From NCBI GenBank assembly GCA_015056125.1, contig SVGW01000003.1, positions 353 through 64,352 on the forward strand: DNA of 64,000 nucleotides, given 5' to 3'. This DNA is from Clostridiales bacterium (lineage in GTDB: Bacteria > Bacillota > Clostridia > Christensenellales > Aristaeellaceae). A program made the position numbers and the translations under genes. Below the pieces are notes generated by a model, which had not been told where the DNA came from, did no database searches, and saw only the letters and a list, made by a program, of their open reading frames with translations. Shown here piece after piece: positions 16,980 to 26,730 of the stretch (the first letter of the stretch is position 1; each line of letters opens with the position of its first letter).

Positions 16980-17993
16980 ATGTTGTCACAGGAAACCCAT
17001 CCTCTCATTGAGGTGCGCGATCTGCGCAAGGTATATTCCGTGCCCGGCGGTGAAGTAATCGCTCTGGACGGGATCAATCTCACCATTGAAAAGGGCCAGA
17101 TTTTTGGCATCATCGGCATGTCCGGCGCGGGTAAGTCCACCCTGATCCGCTGCCTGAATAAGCTGGATACTCCCACTGAGGGCCAGGTGCTGATTGAAGG
17201 GAAAAATATTTTGGCCATGGGGAAAAAGGATCTGCTGGCTACCCGCCGGCGGATGGCCATGATCTTTCAGCAGTTTAATCTGCTGATGCAAAAGACGGTG
17301 GCCCGCAATGTGCGCTATCCCCTGGAAATCGCCGGGGTGCCCGCCAAGCAGGCCAATGAGCGGGTGATGGAGCTGCTCAAGATCGTGGGTCTGGAGGAAA
17401 AGGCCAATGCCTATCCCGCCCAGCTGAGTGGCGGCCAAAAGCAGCGCGTGGCGATTGCCCGGGCCCTGGCCAGCGATCCTGAAGTGCTGCTGTGCGATGA
17501 AGCCACCAGTGCTCTGGATCCCATGACCACTCAGAGCATTCTGGCCCTTCTGCAAAAGATCAATCAGGAGCTTGGCATCACCGTGGTGCTGATCACTCAC
17601 GAAATGGCCGTAATCCGCCAGATCTGCAGCAAGGTGGCCATTTTGGATGGGGGCAGGCTGGTGGAGGAGGGCAGCGTGGACGATGTATTCATGCACACCA
17701 AATCTGCCGCAGGCCGCCGCCTCTTCGGTATTCTTCCTGAGCAGGAGGAAATTCCCGCTCAGCCCGCTATCCGCATCGTATTTGACAGCACTTCGGCGGA
17801 TCAGCCCATCATCAGCAAGCTGGTGAAGGAAATTGATATCGAGGTGAATATCCTCTCTGCCGATGTGCGCCAGCTCAATGGCAAATCCTACGGCCAGATG
17901 ATGATTGCAAGGCCCGAAAACCCGGTGGAAGTAAAGCGCGTGATGGATTATCTTCGCGATGCTGGAATGACGGTAGAGGAGGTGCATAGCTGA
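16980..17993 (+). CDS. metN: Methionine ABC transporter ATP-binding protein
   Basis: It carries Walker A GMSGAGKST, LSGGQKQR and a C-terminal NIL-type domain. It is followed by metI and metQ. Confidence 0.9.
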   Translation: MLSQETHPLIEVRDLRKVYSVPGGEVIALDGINLTIEKGQIFGIIGMSGAGKSTLIRCLNKLDTPTEGQVLIEGKNILAMGKKDLLATRRRMAMIFQQFNLLMQKTVARNVRYPLEIAGVPAKQANERVMELLKIVGLEEKANAYPAQLSGGQKQRVAIARALASDPEVLLCDEATSALDPMTTQSILALLQKINQELGITVVLITHEMAVIRQICSKVAILDGGRLVEEGSVDDVFMHTKSAAGRRLFGILPEQEEIPAQPAIRIVFDSTSADQPIISKLVKEIDIEVNILSADVRQLNGKSYGQMMIARPENPVEVKRVMDYLRDAGMTVEEVHS

Positions 17994-18655
17994 TGACCTG
18001 GGAAAAGCTCTTTCCGCTGCTTTGGGAAAGCACCCTGGAAACGCTGTATATGACCTTTGCCAGCAGCCTGATCGCCTATGTGATTGGCCTTCCCTTGGGC
18101 GTGCTGCTGGTGATTACCAGAAAGGGCGCCATCATGGAAGCCCCCACCTTCAATACCATCCTGGGGGTTGTGATCAATTTCCTGCGCTCCATTCCCTTTA
18201 TCATTATGCTGGCGCTGCTGTTCCCGGTTACCCGAGCTGTGGTGGGCACGGCCATCGGTACCGATGCCATTGTGTTCCCGCTGATCATCAGTGCATTCCC
18301 CTATATTGCCCGCATGGTGGAGGGCTCTTTGGATGAAGTGGACCACGGGATCATCGAAGCCGCCCAGTCCATGGGCTCCACCAACTGGCAAATCATTTGC
18401 AAAGTGCTTTTGCCCGAAGCCGTTCCTTCTTTGATCAACGGCGCGGCCATCAGCATCACCACCATCCTGGCCTACACCGCCATGGCAAGTGCAGCCGGCG
18501 GCGGCGGCCTGGGCGCTCTGGCCATCACCAAGGGATTGAACCTGCGCAAGTTTGACGTGATGTATTCCGCAAGCCTGCTGCTGGTGGCCCTGGTGCAAAT
18601 TATCACAGTCTTTGGCGGCCGTATCACCCGCCGCCTGGACCATAAACACCGTTAA
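17993..18655 (+). CDS. metI: Methionine ABC transporter permease
   Basis: The ORF is 220 aa with 5 TM segments and an EAA-like loop (IEAAQSMGST). Its start overlaps the metN stop. Confidence 0.9.
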   Translation: MTWEKLFPLLWESTLETLYMTFASSLIAYVIGLPLGVLLVITRKGAIMEAPTFNTILGVVINFLRSIPFIIMLALLFPVTRAVVGTAIGTDAIVFPLIISAFPYIARMVEGSLDEVDHGIIEAAQSMGSTNWQIICKVLLPEAVPSLINGAAISITTILAYTAMASAAGGGGLGALAITKGLNLRKFDVMYSASLLLVALVQIITVFGGRITRRLDHKHR

Positions 18656-18673
18656 TTTGAAAGGAGAAAACCC

Positions 18674-19492
18674 ATGAAGAAGATCGTTGCTCTGGTTCTG
18701 GCCCTGGCTCTTTCCCTGTCCCTCACCTCTGCTTTCGCTGCTGAAAAACTCACCATCATCGCCACTGAAAATCCCCATGCCGAAGTGCTGGAACTGGTGA
18801 AGGATGACCTGGCCAAGCTGGGTTATGAGCTGGAACTCACCGTTGTTGCCGACTACTATGTGGAAAATCCTGCCACCGCCGCTGGCGACGTGATGGCCAA
18901 CTTCTTCCAGCATATCCCCTTCTTGGCCACCTACAATGCCGACGCCGCTGAAAAGGATCAGCTGGTGGCCGTGATCGAAACCCACTTTGAGCCCATGGCC
19001 ATCTATGCCGGCACCAAGACCGACCTGGCCAACGTGGCTAAGGGCGATAAGATTGCCGTTCCCAACGACCCCGTGAACGAAAACCGCGCTCTGCTGCTCC
19101 TCCAGGCTGCCGGCCTGATCAAGCTGCCCGAAGGCACCACTCTGGAAAGCCTGTGCACCAAGAATGATATCGTGGAAAACCCCTATGAACTGGAAATCAT
19201 CGAGCTGAACGCTGAACTGATCCCCGGCGCCCGCGCTGACGTGGCCTACGCCGTGATCAACGGCAACAACGCCACCCTGATTGACCTGATCCCCAACGTG
19301 GATGGCCTGTATGTGGAAGCTGCTGACAGCGAAGCTGCCAAGGCTTATGTGAACATCGTAGTGGTTCGCCCTGAAAACGCTGATGCTGAATGGGTAAAGG
19401 CCCTCAAGCAGGTGATGCACACTCAGAAGGTGTACGATCTGATCGTGAACGCTGGCTTTGCCCCCACCTTCGAAGTGCCCGCTGCTGAATAA
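18674..19492 (+). CDS. metQ: MetQ/NlpA-family methionine-binding protein
   Basis: It has a signal peptide, the NlpA-family motif FQHIPFL, and sits in a metNIQ context. Confidence 0.85.
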   Translation: MKKIVALVLALALSLSLTSAFAAEKLTIIATENPHAEVLELVKDDLAKLGYELELTVVADYYVENPATAAGDVMANFFQHIPFLATYNADAAEKDQLVAVIETHFEPMAIYAGTKTDLANVAKGDKIAVPNDPVNENRALLLLQAAGLIKLPEGTTLESLCTKNDIVENPYELEIIELNAELIPGARADVAYAVINGNNATLIDLIPNVDGLYVEAADSEAAKAYVNIVVVRPENADAEWVKALKQVMHTQKVYDLIVNAGFAPTFEVPAAE

Positions 19493-19506
19493 TTGAGGAA
19501 TCAAGA

Positions 19507-19537
19507 AAGTGCCTTTCTTCGGAAGGGCACTTTTTTA
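19507..19537 (+). terminator. Intrinsic terminator after metQ
   Basis: The hairpin is AAGTGCCTTTC-TTCG-GAAGGGCACTT followed by a T-run. Confidence 0.8.
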
Positions 19538-19609
19538 TATTCCAAGCTATTTTCTTTTTTCTCCAGAGCATGTATAATGGGTATATTCTCATCAGGAAGG
19601 AATTTGCGC

Positions 19610-20659
19610 ATGAAACGAATGATGGGCCTTGTGCTGCTGCTTTTGCTGGCAACGGGGAATGCTTTTGGGGAAACCCTCACGCTTTCTTTTATTGGGGATT
19701 GCTCCATTGGGGAGGTGCCTGCATCTGCCGGGAAAGAGGGTAGCTATACCGCTACGGTGGATGAAAAGGGATATGACTGGCCCTTTTCTTTGGTGCGGGA
19801 ATATTTGGATACGGATGATTTTACCTTTGCTAATAATGAAGTGATCTTTACCAGCCGAAATCGCCATGTGGATAAAAAGACCAATTTGAAAGCGCCGGCC
19901 CAATATGCCCAGGTCTATCTCCATTCCGGGGTGGATGCGGTGAACACCGCCAACAACCACGCCATGGATTTTTACCAGGAGGGCTATGAGGATACCCTGG
20001 CGGCTTTGGATAGCTATGAAATTTCCCATTTTGGCACCCTTTATCCCGGCACTCAAAGAGCTCAGGATCGATTGGGTGTTTACGAAGTGAAAGGAATCAA
20101 AATCGGTGCGGTGGGCTTTTCCTATCCTCAAGACAGCGATGTGAAAAAGATTTCGGCCCGTATTGAACAATTGCACCAGGAAGGGTGCGATTTGGTGGTC
20201 GTGAGCCTTCATTGGGGAAGAGAAGTGCAGGATACGCCCCAAAGCTGGCAATTTTCCTATGCCCGAAAGCTGATTGATGCCGGAGCGGATGTGATCTGGG
20301 GGCATCATCCCCATATTCTGCAGCAGGTGCAGTTTTATAACGGTAAGCCCATTTTCTACTCCACCGGAAATTTCACCTTTGGCTCTATGAGCGCTGTGGA
20401 TCCGGATACGGGCATTTTTCAGCTGCAGTATGAAATCGAGGAAGAGGGAATTGCGCTTAAAAACTTCACTGTGATCCCTTGCCGTACCCAGGGCAAAGGG
20501 GATTACAGGCCCTATCCGCTTACCGATCCGGAAGAAAAGAAAACCATGCTGAAAAAGCTGATTTATAAAAAGACGGTGAAAAACATGCAAAATTTGCCCG
20601 CCTCCTTTGCGGAAACGGGCAGCGTGGATTTAATGGACGGGCTTTTGCCGGAGGAGTGA
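19610..20659 (+). CDS. CapA-family (PGA_cap metallophosphatase-like) secreted protein
   Basis: The start MKRMMGLVLLLLLATGNAFG (signal peptide) follows AGGAAGGA. The motifs SFIGD, NNHAMD and SLHWGRE are typical of CapA. Confidence 0.8.
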   Translation: MKRMMGLVLLLLLATGNAFGETLTLSFIGDCSIGEVPASAGKEGSYTATVDEKGYDWPFSLVREYLDTDDFTFANNEVIFTSRNRHVDKKTNLKAPAQYAQVYLHSGVDAVNTANNHAMDFYQEGYEDTLAALDSYEISHFGTLYPGTQRAQDRLGVYEVKGIKIGAVGFSYPQDSDVKKISARIEQLHQEGCDLVVVSLHWGREVQDTPQSWQFSYARKLIDAGADVIWGHHPHILQQVQFYNGKPIFYSTGNFTFGSMSAVDPDTGIFQLQYEIEEEGIALKNFTVIPCRTQGKGDYRPYPLTDPEEKKTMLKKLIYKKTVKNMQNLPASFAETGSVDLMDGLLPEE

Positions 20660-21217
20660 TTACTCCCCGGCTTTTTTTCTGAATTGTTTCATATAATCCT
20701 TTAAGTGCTTCTGCACCACCACCCGGTAGGCAGGAGCATAGGCAGCCCGGTATGCATCGCTGTGGCTTACCGCAGGGCAGCCCTTTTCTTTATACAGAAC
20801 CAGATAATAATCCAGCTCGGCGGCATAAAAGGGCGTTTCATCCTGATCCGCCATTTTTTCAAGGCTTTGCAGCTTCTTATGGAAGGAGCGCATATCGCCC
20901 TTGGCAGACTGAGCAGCCTGGAGAAAGAGACAGTTGATATCCTCCGGGGGAATGCCCTTTTCCAGGCAGGGGCGCAAATTCAGCCGGCACAGGCCATTGC
21001 CGATGGATTCATAAAGAGGCTCCTTGGCCATGGGGGAAAGGCCGGCCATTTCCTGTTGCAGGCGCTGCAGGCTTTTCTTTTCGTCCGCAATCATATGGCC
21101 GGGGCCAAATTCATTTTGATAGATCAGCTTTACGGCGTCCTGGGGCTGCATCTTCGGATAATTTTCAAAATGGGCGGATAAAATAGCGCTCACCATGGCC
21201 ATGCTTCCCTTCATCAT
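20660..21217 (-). CDS. Hypothetical protein (185 aa)
   Basis: The composition looks coding, but I recognise no family. Its stop codon directly abuts the CapA stop (20659/20660). Confidence 0.5.
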   Translation of the reverse strand: MMKGSMAMVSAILSAHFENYPKMQPQDAVKLIYQNEFGPGHMIADEKKSLQRLQQEMAGLSPMAKEPLYESIGNGLCRLNLRPCLEKGIPPEDINCLFLQAAQSAKGDMRSFHKKLQSLEKMADQDETPFYAAELDYYLVLYKEKGCPAVSHSDAYRAAYAPAYRVVVQKHLKDYMKQFRKKAGE

Positions 21218-21403
21218 GTTATTGCAAGTATCATATCATGTTTTGGTCGTTCCATCAAGGAAAAGAAAGGAATTAGGCCATAGGTGACATGGAAGCGGGA
21301 ATATTTCTATCCATTTTGTCTATTGGCGAAGTATGGAAAATGTGATATAATAAATCGTTCCGCATCCTTTGGGTGCGGTGAAATAGATATTGGAGGAGTT
21401 TCC

Positions 21404-23830
21404 ATGCCTACCACGCAGTTTGATAAAGAATCCATCAAGAAATCCATTCAGGGAAAGCTGCAGCGCTATAACGGCCGTACCCTTGCTGACGCCACCGATC
21501 AGCAGATCTATTACGCCGTGGCTTCCACCGTGCGCGATCAGATCATGCAAAAATGGGTGGCCTATCGGGAAAAGGATAAGAGTTATCAGGGCAAGCGCCT
21601 GTATTATCTTTCCGTAGAATTTCTCACTGGCCGCAGCCTGCATTGCAATATTCTGAACCTGTGCAGCCAGGAAGTATATCAGCAGGCCTTTGAAGAATTG
21701 GGCCTGGATTGGCGCCGCGTATTTAAGGAAGAGCCCGAACCCGGCCTCGGGAACGGCGGCCTGGGCCGCCTGGCTGCCTGCTTCATGGATAGCTTGGCTT
21801 CCCTTTCTCTTCCTGCCATGGGCTGCACCATCCGCTATGAATACGGCCTGTTCCGCCAGCGCATTCTGGGCGGCCAGCAGGTGGAAGTGCCGGATAACTG
21901 GCTGGAAAACGGCAATGTGTGGGAAGTGCCCGCCATGGAAGATGTATGCGAAGTGCATTTTGGCGGCTATGTGGAAGAAACCACTGAAAACGGCCGGATG
22001 AAATTTACCCTGAAAGATTACCACACCATCGAAGCCGTGCCCTATGATATGCCCGTGGCCGGTTACGATTGTGAAACGGTAAACTCTCTGCGCATGTGGC
22101 GCGCCCGCTCTCCTAAAACGTTGGATCTGGCCACTTTCTCCAGCGGCCAGTATTCCAAGGCCATGCGGGAGCAGGAGCTGGCCTCTGTGATCAGCAAGGT
22201 GCTCTATCCCGAAGATAATCATTACGAGGGCAAGGAACTGCGCTTAAAGCAGCATTATTTCTTCACCAGCGCCACCCTCCAGTATGCCATCAAGGATTTC
22301 AAGCGCCGCTTTGGCACCAATTTCATGCTGCTGCCTGAAAAAATGACGGTGCATATCAACGATACCCATCCCGGCCTGGCGATTCCTGAACTGATGCGCA
22401 TCCTGATGGATGAAGAGGGCCTGGGCTGGGAAGAAGCTTCCTGGATCGTGCAGCATACCGTGGCTTACACCAACCATACCGTGATGAGCGAAGCGCTGGA
22501 GCGCTGGCCCGAAGCCATGATGAAGAATCTGCTGCCCCGAATCTATATGATTCTGCAGGAGATCAATCGCCGGGTATGCGCCCGTTTGGCGGATCATTTC
22601 CAGAATGGCGCCGATCCCCGCATCGCTCAAATGGCCGTAACTGCCTACGATATGGTGCATATGGCCAATCTTTGCGTGGCCATGAGCTATTCCGTCAATG
22701 GCGTGAGCCAGCTCCATGGGGATATCCTGAAAGAGGATACCTTCCATGATTACTATGAATTTACCCCCAGTAAATTTTCTGCCATCACCAACGGCATCAC
22801 CCATCGCCGCTGGCTGATGACCTGCAACCCTGGGTTGACCAAGCTGATCACCGATTCCATTGGCGATAAGTGGAAGCGGGAGCCCCAACTGCTCAAGGAG
22901 CTTTTTCCCTTCCAGAACGACGCCGCCTTCCGGGCCGAATTTGAAAAGATCAAGCGGCAGAACAAGGAAGTGTTCTCCAATCTTTTGATGCAGCGCCAGA
23001 AGATGACCGTGGATCCTGATTTCCTCTTTGACGTGCAGGCCAAGCGTCTTCACGAATACAAGCGTCAGCTGCTTAACGCCCTGCATATCATGGTGCTCTA
23101 CAACCGCATCATGGATGACCCCAACTTCACCATGACGCCCCGGGTATTCATCTTTGGCGCCAAGGCCAGCCCCGGTTACTATATCGCCAAGCAGATCATC
23201 AAATTGATCATCGCCATCAGCAAGCTCATTGATAAGAGCCCCCGGGCGAAAAAGTATCTGCGGGTGATTTTCCTGGAAAACTATGACGTATCCAGCGCTG
23301 AGGCCTTGATCCCCGCTGCCGATCTTTCTGAGCAGCTGTCTACTGCCGGCAAGGAAGCCAGCGGCACGGGCAACATGAAATTTATGATGAACGGCGCTGT
23401 GACCATGGGCACCATGGACGGCGCCAATGTGGAAATCCACGATCAGGTGGGCCCGGATAATATTTATATTTTCGGCATGCGGGCGGACACCGTCAGCGAT
23501 CTGTATCGGGAAGGCACCTACTCTCCCATGCATATCTATGAAAACAATGCGGAATTGCGCCGTGCCCTCACCCAGATCATTGATGGCACCCTCTTCCCTG
23601 ATAACCCCGCTCTGCTCCAGGATATCTACCACAATCTGCTCTTCAACGATCATTACTTTGTGTTGAAGGATTTTGGCTCCTATTCTATGGCTCAGCGCCG
23701 GGTAGACGCCGATTATCAGAACCGGGAAAAGTGGCTCAAGATGGCAATTGCCAATACTGCCTGCTCCGGTGTGTTCTCCTCCGACCGCACCATCAGCGAA
23801 TACAACGAAATGATCTGGCATCTGAAATAA
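21404..23830 (+). CDS. glgP: Glycogen/maltodextrin phosphorylase (GT35)
   Basis: The start MPTTQFDKESIKKSIQ follows GGAGGAG. The PLP-site motif EASGTGNMKFMMNGA is present, and the protein is 808 aa. Confidence 0.92.
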   Translation: MPTTQFDKESIKKSIQGKLQRYNGRTLADATDQQIYYAVASTVRDQIMQKWVAYREKDKSYQGKRLYYLSVEFLTGRSLHCNILNLCSQEVYQQAFEELGLDWRRVFKEEPEPGLGNGGLGRLAACFMDSLASLSLPAMGCTIRYEYGLFRQRILGGQQVEVPDNWLENGNVWEVPAMEDVCEVHFGGYVEETTENGRMKFTLKDYHTIEAVPYDMPVAGYDCETVNSLRMWRARSPKTLDLATFSSGQYSKAMREQELASVISKVLYPEDNHYEGKELRLKQHYFFTSATLQYAIKDFKRRFGTNFMLLPEKMTVHINDTHPGLAIPELMRILMDEEGLGWEEASWIVQHTVAYTNHTVMSEALERWPEAMMKNLLPRIYMILQEINRRVCARLADHFQNGADPRIAQMAVTAYDMVHMANLCVAMSYSVNGVSQLHGDILKEDTFHDYYEFTPSKFSAITNGITHRRWLMTCNPGLTKLITDSIGDKWKREPQLLKELFPFQNDAAFRAEFEKIKRQNKEVFSNLLMQRQKMTVDPDFLFDVQAKRLHEYKRQLLNALHIMVLYNRIMDDPNFTMTPRVFIFGAKASPGYYIAKQIIKLIIAISKLIDKSPRAKKYLRVIFLENYDVSSAEALIPAADLSEQLSTAGKEASGTGNMKFMMNGAVTMGTMDGANVEIHDQVGPDNIYIFGMRADTVSDLYREGTYSPMHIYENNAELRRALTQIIDGTLFPDNPALLQDIYHNLLFNDHYFVLKDFGSYSMAQRRVDADYQNREKWLKMAIANTACSGVFSSDRTISEYNEMIWHLK

Positions 23831-23835
23831 TCAAA

Positions 23836-23869
23836 AGGGGCTTTGTCCATATGGCAAAGCCCTCTTTTC
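23836..23869 (+). terminator. Intrinsic terminator after glgP
   Basis: The hairpin is AGGGGCTTTG...CAAAGCCCT followed by CTTTTC. Confidence 0.7.
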
Positions 23870-23995
23870 AACCGATGGTTGCAACTGCAGGTTGCAAATG
23901 GGAGGTTCAACCAACAATTTCTTGCCAAATGCGAGAAAATCCTCTATGCTAATTTTGCAAGCGGCCGCTGAGCACCACAAAAAGGAGACGTTACC

Positions 23996-25807
23996 ATGAT
24001 CGATAACACCACCGTAGGAAAAACCATCGCCGCCCTGCGGCAGCGGGCAAACCTGAGCCAGCAGGGGCTGGCCAATCTTTGCAGTGTTACCCACCAGGCC
24101 GTATCCAAATGGGAAAATGGTATGGCGCTGCCGGATATGCAGACCATGCTGTTTTTGAGCAAATATTTTGAAGTATCCATGGAGGATATTCTTACCGGTA
24201 ATTTGCCTGAAATGGGAAAGTCCCAAAGCATGCCAGTGAGCGCGTTGCATGAAATGGAAGCAGAAAGCATGAACGCTGTTGATGAAGATGCGGTATCAGC
24301 AGGCGCTGGGGAAGAGTATCGAGAGGCTATGTCTGCAGCGCATGGCAAGGAATATAGAAAGGCTATGGCGGCGGCAGAGGAAAATGAAAAAACCCCCGCA
24401 ATGGATTGGCGGGAGATTAAGAAGCTGGCTCCCTTTGCCAGTCGGGGAACCATGGAAAAGCTGATTATGGATAAGGTGGAGAAGGGCGAAGCGATGAGCT
24501 GGGAGCAAGTGTTTGATCTTTTGCCCTTCTGCAGCCGGCGGTTGGTGGATTATCTGCTGGATAAGCTGGAAAACGAGAGTATCGATTGGAAGCATGCGCA
24601 GAAAATTATGTGTTTTGCCAGCCAGGAGAAAGTGGATAAGCTATTTGAAAAATTCCTTTCGGAAATGGATTTGGAAAAGCTTGCTGCCATTGCCCCCTTT
24701 GTTTCAAAATCCTTTCTGGCAGAAGCATTGCGCAATATGAAAGAGGTGGATGCGGATCAGGTATTGGGCCGCTTTCTGCCCTTCCTGCCCAAGGAAACAG
24801 TGGATGAGATGATTTTCAAAAAGCTGGGGAAAACACCGGAAAACAAGCAAAAAAAAGCAGCTCCAAGCGAGCAAAGCATGGACTGGGGCGAATTGATAGC
24901 CATGGCGCCGGAATTGGATGAAAATCGGGTGCGCAGGAGCATGGAAAGGATTCTGGCCAGGGAAGATGTGAAAAATATGGATTGGGGCCTGCTTATGGGC
25001 TTTACTCCATACGCCGATGAAGAAATCCTCTCCCGAATGGCTGATCATTTGGTGCGCCAGGGGAAAATGGCGGATATGGATTGGGGCATGCTCATTGGCC
25101 TGACCAGCTATCTGAATGAAGAAATTCTGAGCAGGCTTACCAAGTGGATTCTAAAGGAGCGAGGCACCCAGGGGTTGGAAAGCGGCATGACCGGCGCGCT
25201 TTTGCCCTATATCAACCAGGATGCCAAGGACGCGCTCCATGACGCCCTGTTTCCGGAGGTGCCCAAGCAAAATACCGGAAAAAAAGCGAGAAAAGAGCGC
25301 CTTCTCATGCGCATTGCCCGAAAAGCCGTGGAAGAAGGCAATGAAGAATGGCTGGAGGAGCATGGTGATGAGCTGAGCCAGGAGGAATTGGAAGTGATTC
25401 TGCCCCTGGCAGCTCAAAAGCAAATGTGGGGCGCTTTGGAGGAGCTTTGGGAGCACGCGGATGACGCCACCTTGCAGTATCTGATTTATGCGGCCATTGA
25501 GCAGAAAAATTGGGAACTGCTGGAGGAACTGCAGGAGCATGCCAACGATGAAAATCTGGGCAACATTGCCAAGGCTGCCATGACCGCAAAACAGTGGGAG
25601 CTGTTGGAGGAACTGCAGGAATATTTGGATGATCCCAGCCTTTCAGCGGCTGCCAAGGCGGCGACGGATGCCAAGCAATGGGATCTGGTGGAGGAAATGC
25701 TGGACCGGCTGGACCAGGAAACCCTTCAAACCGTTCTGGATGCGGCTATGGCTGATTCCAATTGGGATATGATTGACGAAATCAAAGAATACTTGGATGA
25801 AGAGTAA
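23996..25807 (+). CDS. XRE-family HTH protein fused to two classes of tandem helical repeats (603 aa)
   Basis: The N-terminal HTH_3-like region is GKTIAALRQRANLSQQGLANLCSVTHQAVSKWENG. About 8-9 copies of an MDW..L....P(F/Y) module span aa 136-410. Five copies of an exactly 28-aa W(E/D)LLEEL module span aa 478-603. Confidence 0.8.
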   Translation: MIDNTTVGKTIAALRQRANLSQQGLANLCSVTHQAVSKWENGMALPDMQTMLFLSKYFEVSMEDILTGNLPEMGKSQSMPVSALHEMEAESMNAVDEDAVSAGAGEEYREAMSAAHGKEYRKAMAAAEENEKTPAMDWREIKKLAPFASRGTMEKLIMDKVEKGEAMSWEQVFDLLPFCSRRLVDYLLDKLENESIDWKHAQKIMCFASQEKVDKLFEKFLSEMDLEKLAAIAPFVSKSFLAEALRNMKEVDADQVLGRFLPFLPKETVDEMIFKKLGKTPENKQKKAAPSEQSMDWGELIAMAPELDENRVRRSMERILAREDVKNMDWGLLMGFTPYADEEILSRMADHLVRQGKMADMDWGMLIGLTSYLNEEILSRLTKWILKERGTQGLESGMTGALLPYINQDAKDALHDALFPEVPKQNTGKKARKERLLMRIARKAVEEGNEEWLEEHGDELSQEELEVILPLAAQKQMWGALEELWEHADDATLQYLIYAAIEQKNWELLEELQEHANDENLGNIAKAAMTAKQWELLEELQEYLDDPSLSAAAKAATDAKQWDLVEEMLDRLDQETLQTVLDAAMADSNWDMIDEIKEYLDEE

Positions 25808-25847
25808 AAAAATGCGCTCGCTCTTTTTATGGGAGCGGGCGCATTGG

Positions 25848-26588
25848 TTATTTTCTGTTTCTGTAATCCCGGGGAGAGCAGCCGTAAAGCTGGTGGAAGC
25901 ATTTGCAGAAATATTCCGGATCATAAAAGCCGGAAAGATCGGAAATTTCCCGGATGGAATAGGAGGCGCCGCCGGTGCCCAGCAATTGCCTGGCATGGGC
26001 CAGGCGGGTATGCATTAGGAAAGTGGTGGGGGTCATACCCATATCCTTGCGGAATACTCGGCGGATATGATCGGGGCAGTAATTCATCCCCTGCATAGCA
26101 TCCATGACGGAAAATTCTGGATTGGAAAAGTGCTGGATGATTTCGTTTTTGATTTGCTCTGTAATTTTATCCTTTCTCCCATCGGTGATCCAGTGCGCAA
26201 TCAGCGTGCAGGCGGCTTCGGCCAGAGAATCAACGGCATGGCGTGGCGCGGCAGGGTCATAATACAGGCCCTGGAGGAGCCGGAAAATGGTTTCAACGGT
26301 ATGATTGGCGTCATCTTCCAGCCAGCGGGGCTCGCATGGAAAAAGCTTTGCTTCATCATCAAATTTCAGATAAATATCCTGCCATTTGACGCTGGCATCC
26401 TCTGCATTCTTGACATGGGGGATATTGGGCGGGCACAGGGTGATGGAACCGGGAAAAAATCGCTTTTCCAGGCTGCCCACTTTTTCGGTTCCCTCACCGG
26501 CCACATTGAGAATAATTTCCCAGCAAGGGTGCTGGTGAAGATTGCAATGGGATATCAGCCCGGAAATATTGGTGCCAAGCAACTGCAT
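25848..26588 (-). CDS. AraC-family transcriptional regulator (cupin + HTH)
   Basis: The C-terminus is AraC-type HTH (IRRVFRKDMGMTPTTFLMHTRLAHARQLL...CGFYDPEYFCKCF-like), and the N-terminus is cupin-like. Confidence 0.85.
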   Translation of the reverse strand: MQLLGTNISGLISHCNLHQHPCWEIILNVAGEGTEKVGSLEKRFFPGSITLCPPNIPHVKNAEDASVKWQDIYLKFDDEAKLFPCEPRWLEDDANHTVETIFRLLQGLYYDPAAPRHAVDSLAEAACTLIAHWITDGRKDKITEQIKNEIIQHFSNPEFSVMDAMQGMNYCPDHIRRVFRKDMGMTPTTFLMHTRLAHARQLLGTGGASYSIREISDLSGFYDPEYFCKCFHQLYGCSPRDYRNRK

Positions 26589-26730
26589 CTTGTTTACCTC
26601 TTCTCAGGATATTCTGATTTTATTATAGAAAGAATGTCGGTTTTGTCAAGATGGATGTCGGCAGAAGAATGGCGAATTAATGGATGGATGTGGTATGATA
26701 ATAAAAAAAGATGAATCGGAGGGAGCAAAC

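Noticed and set aside
16750-16980. A SAM-I (S-box) riboswitch or Met T-box upstream of metN.
   Set aside because: I looked for the conserved S-box blocks (GAGGGA, GGCCC, GCAACC, GGUGCUAA) and for the T-box sequence and specifier-loop features, and none is present. This was a by-eye check only, and a covariance-model scan is still needed.
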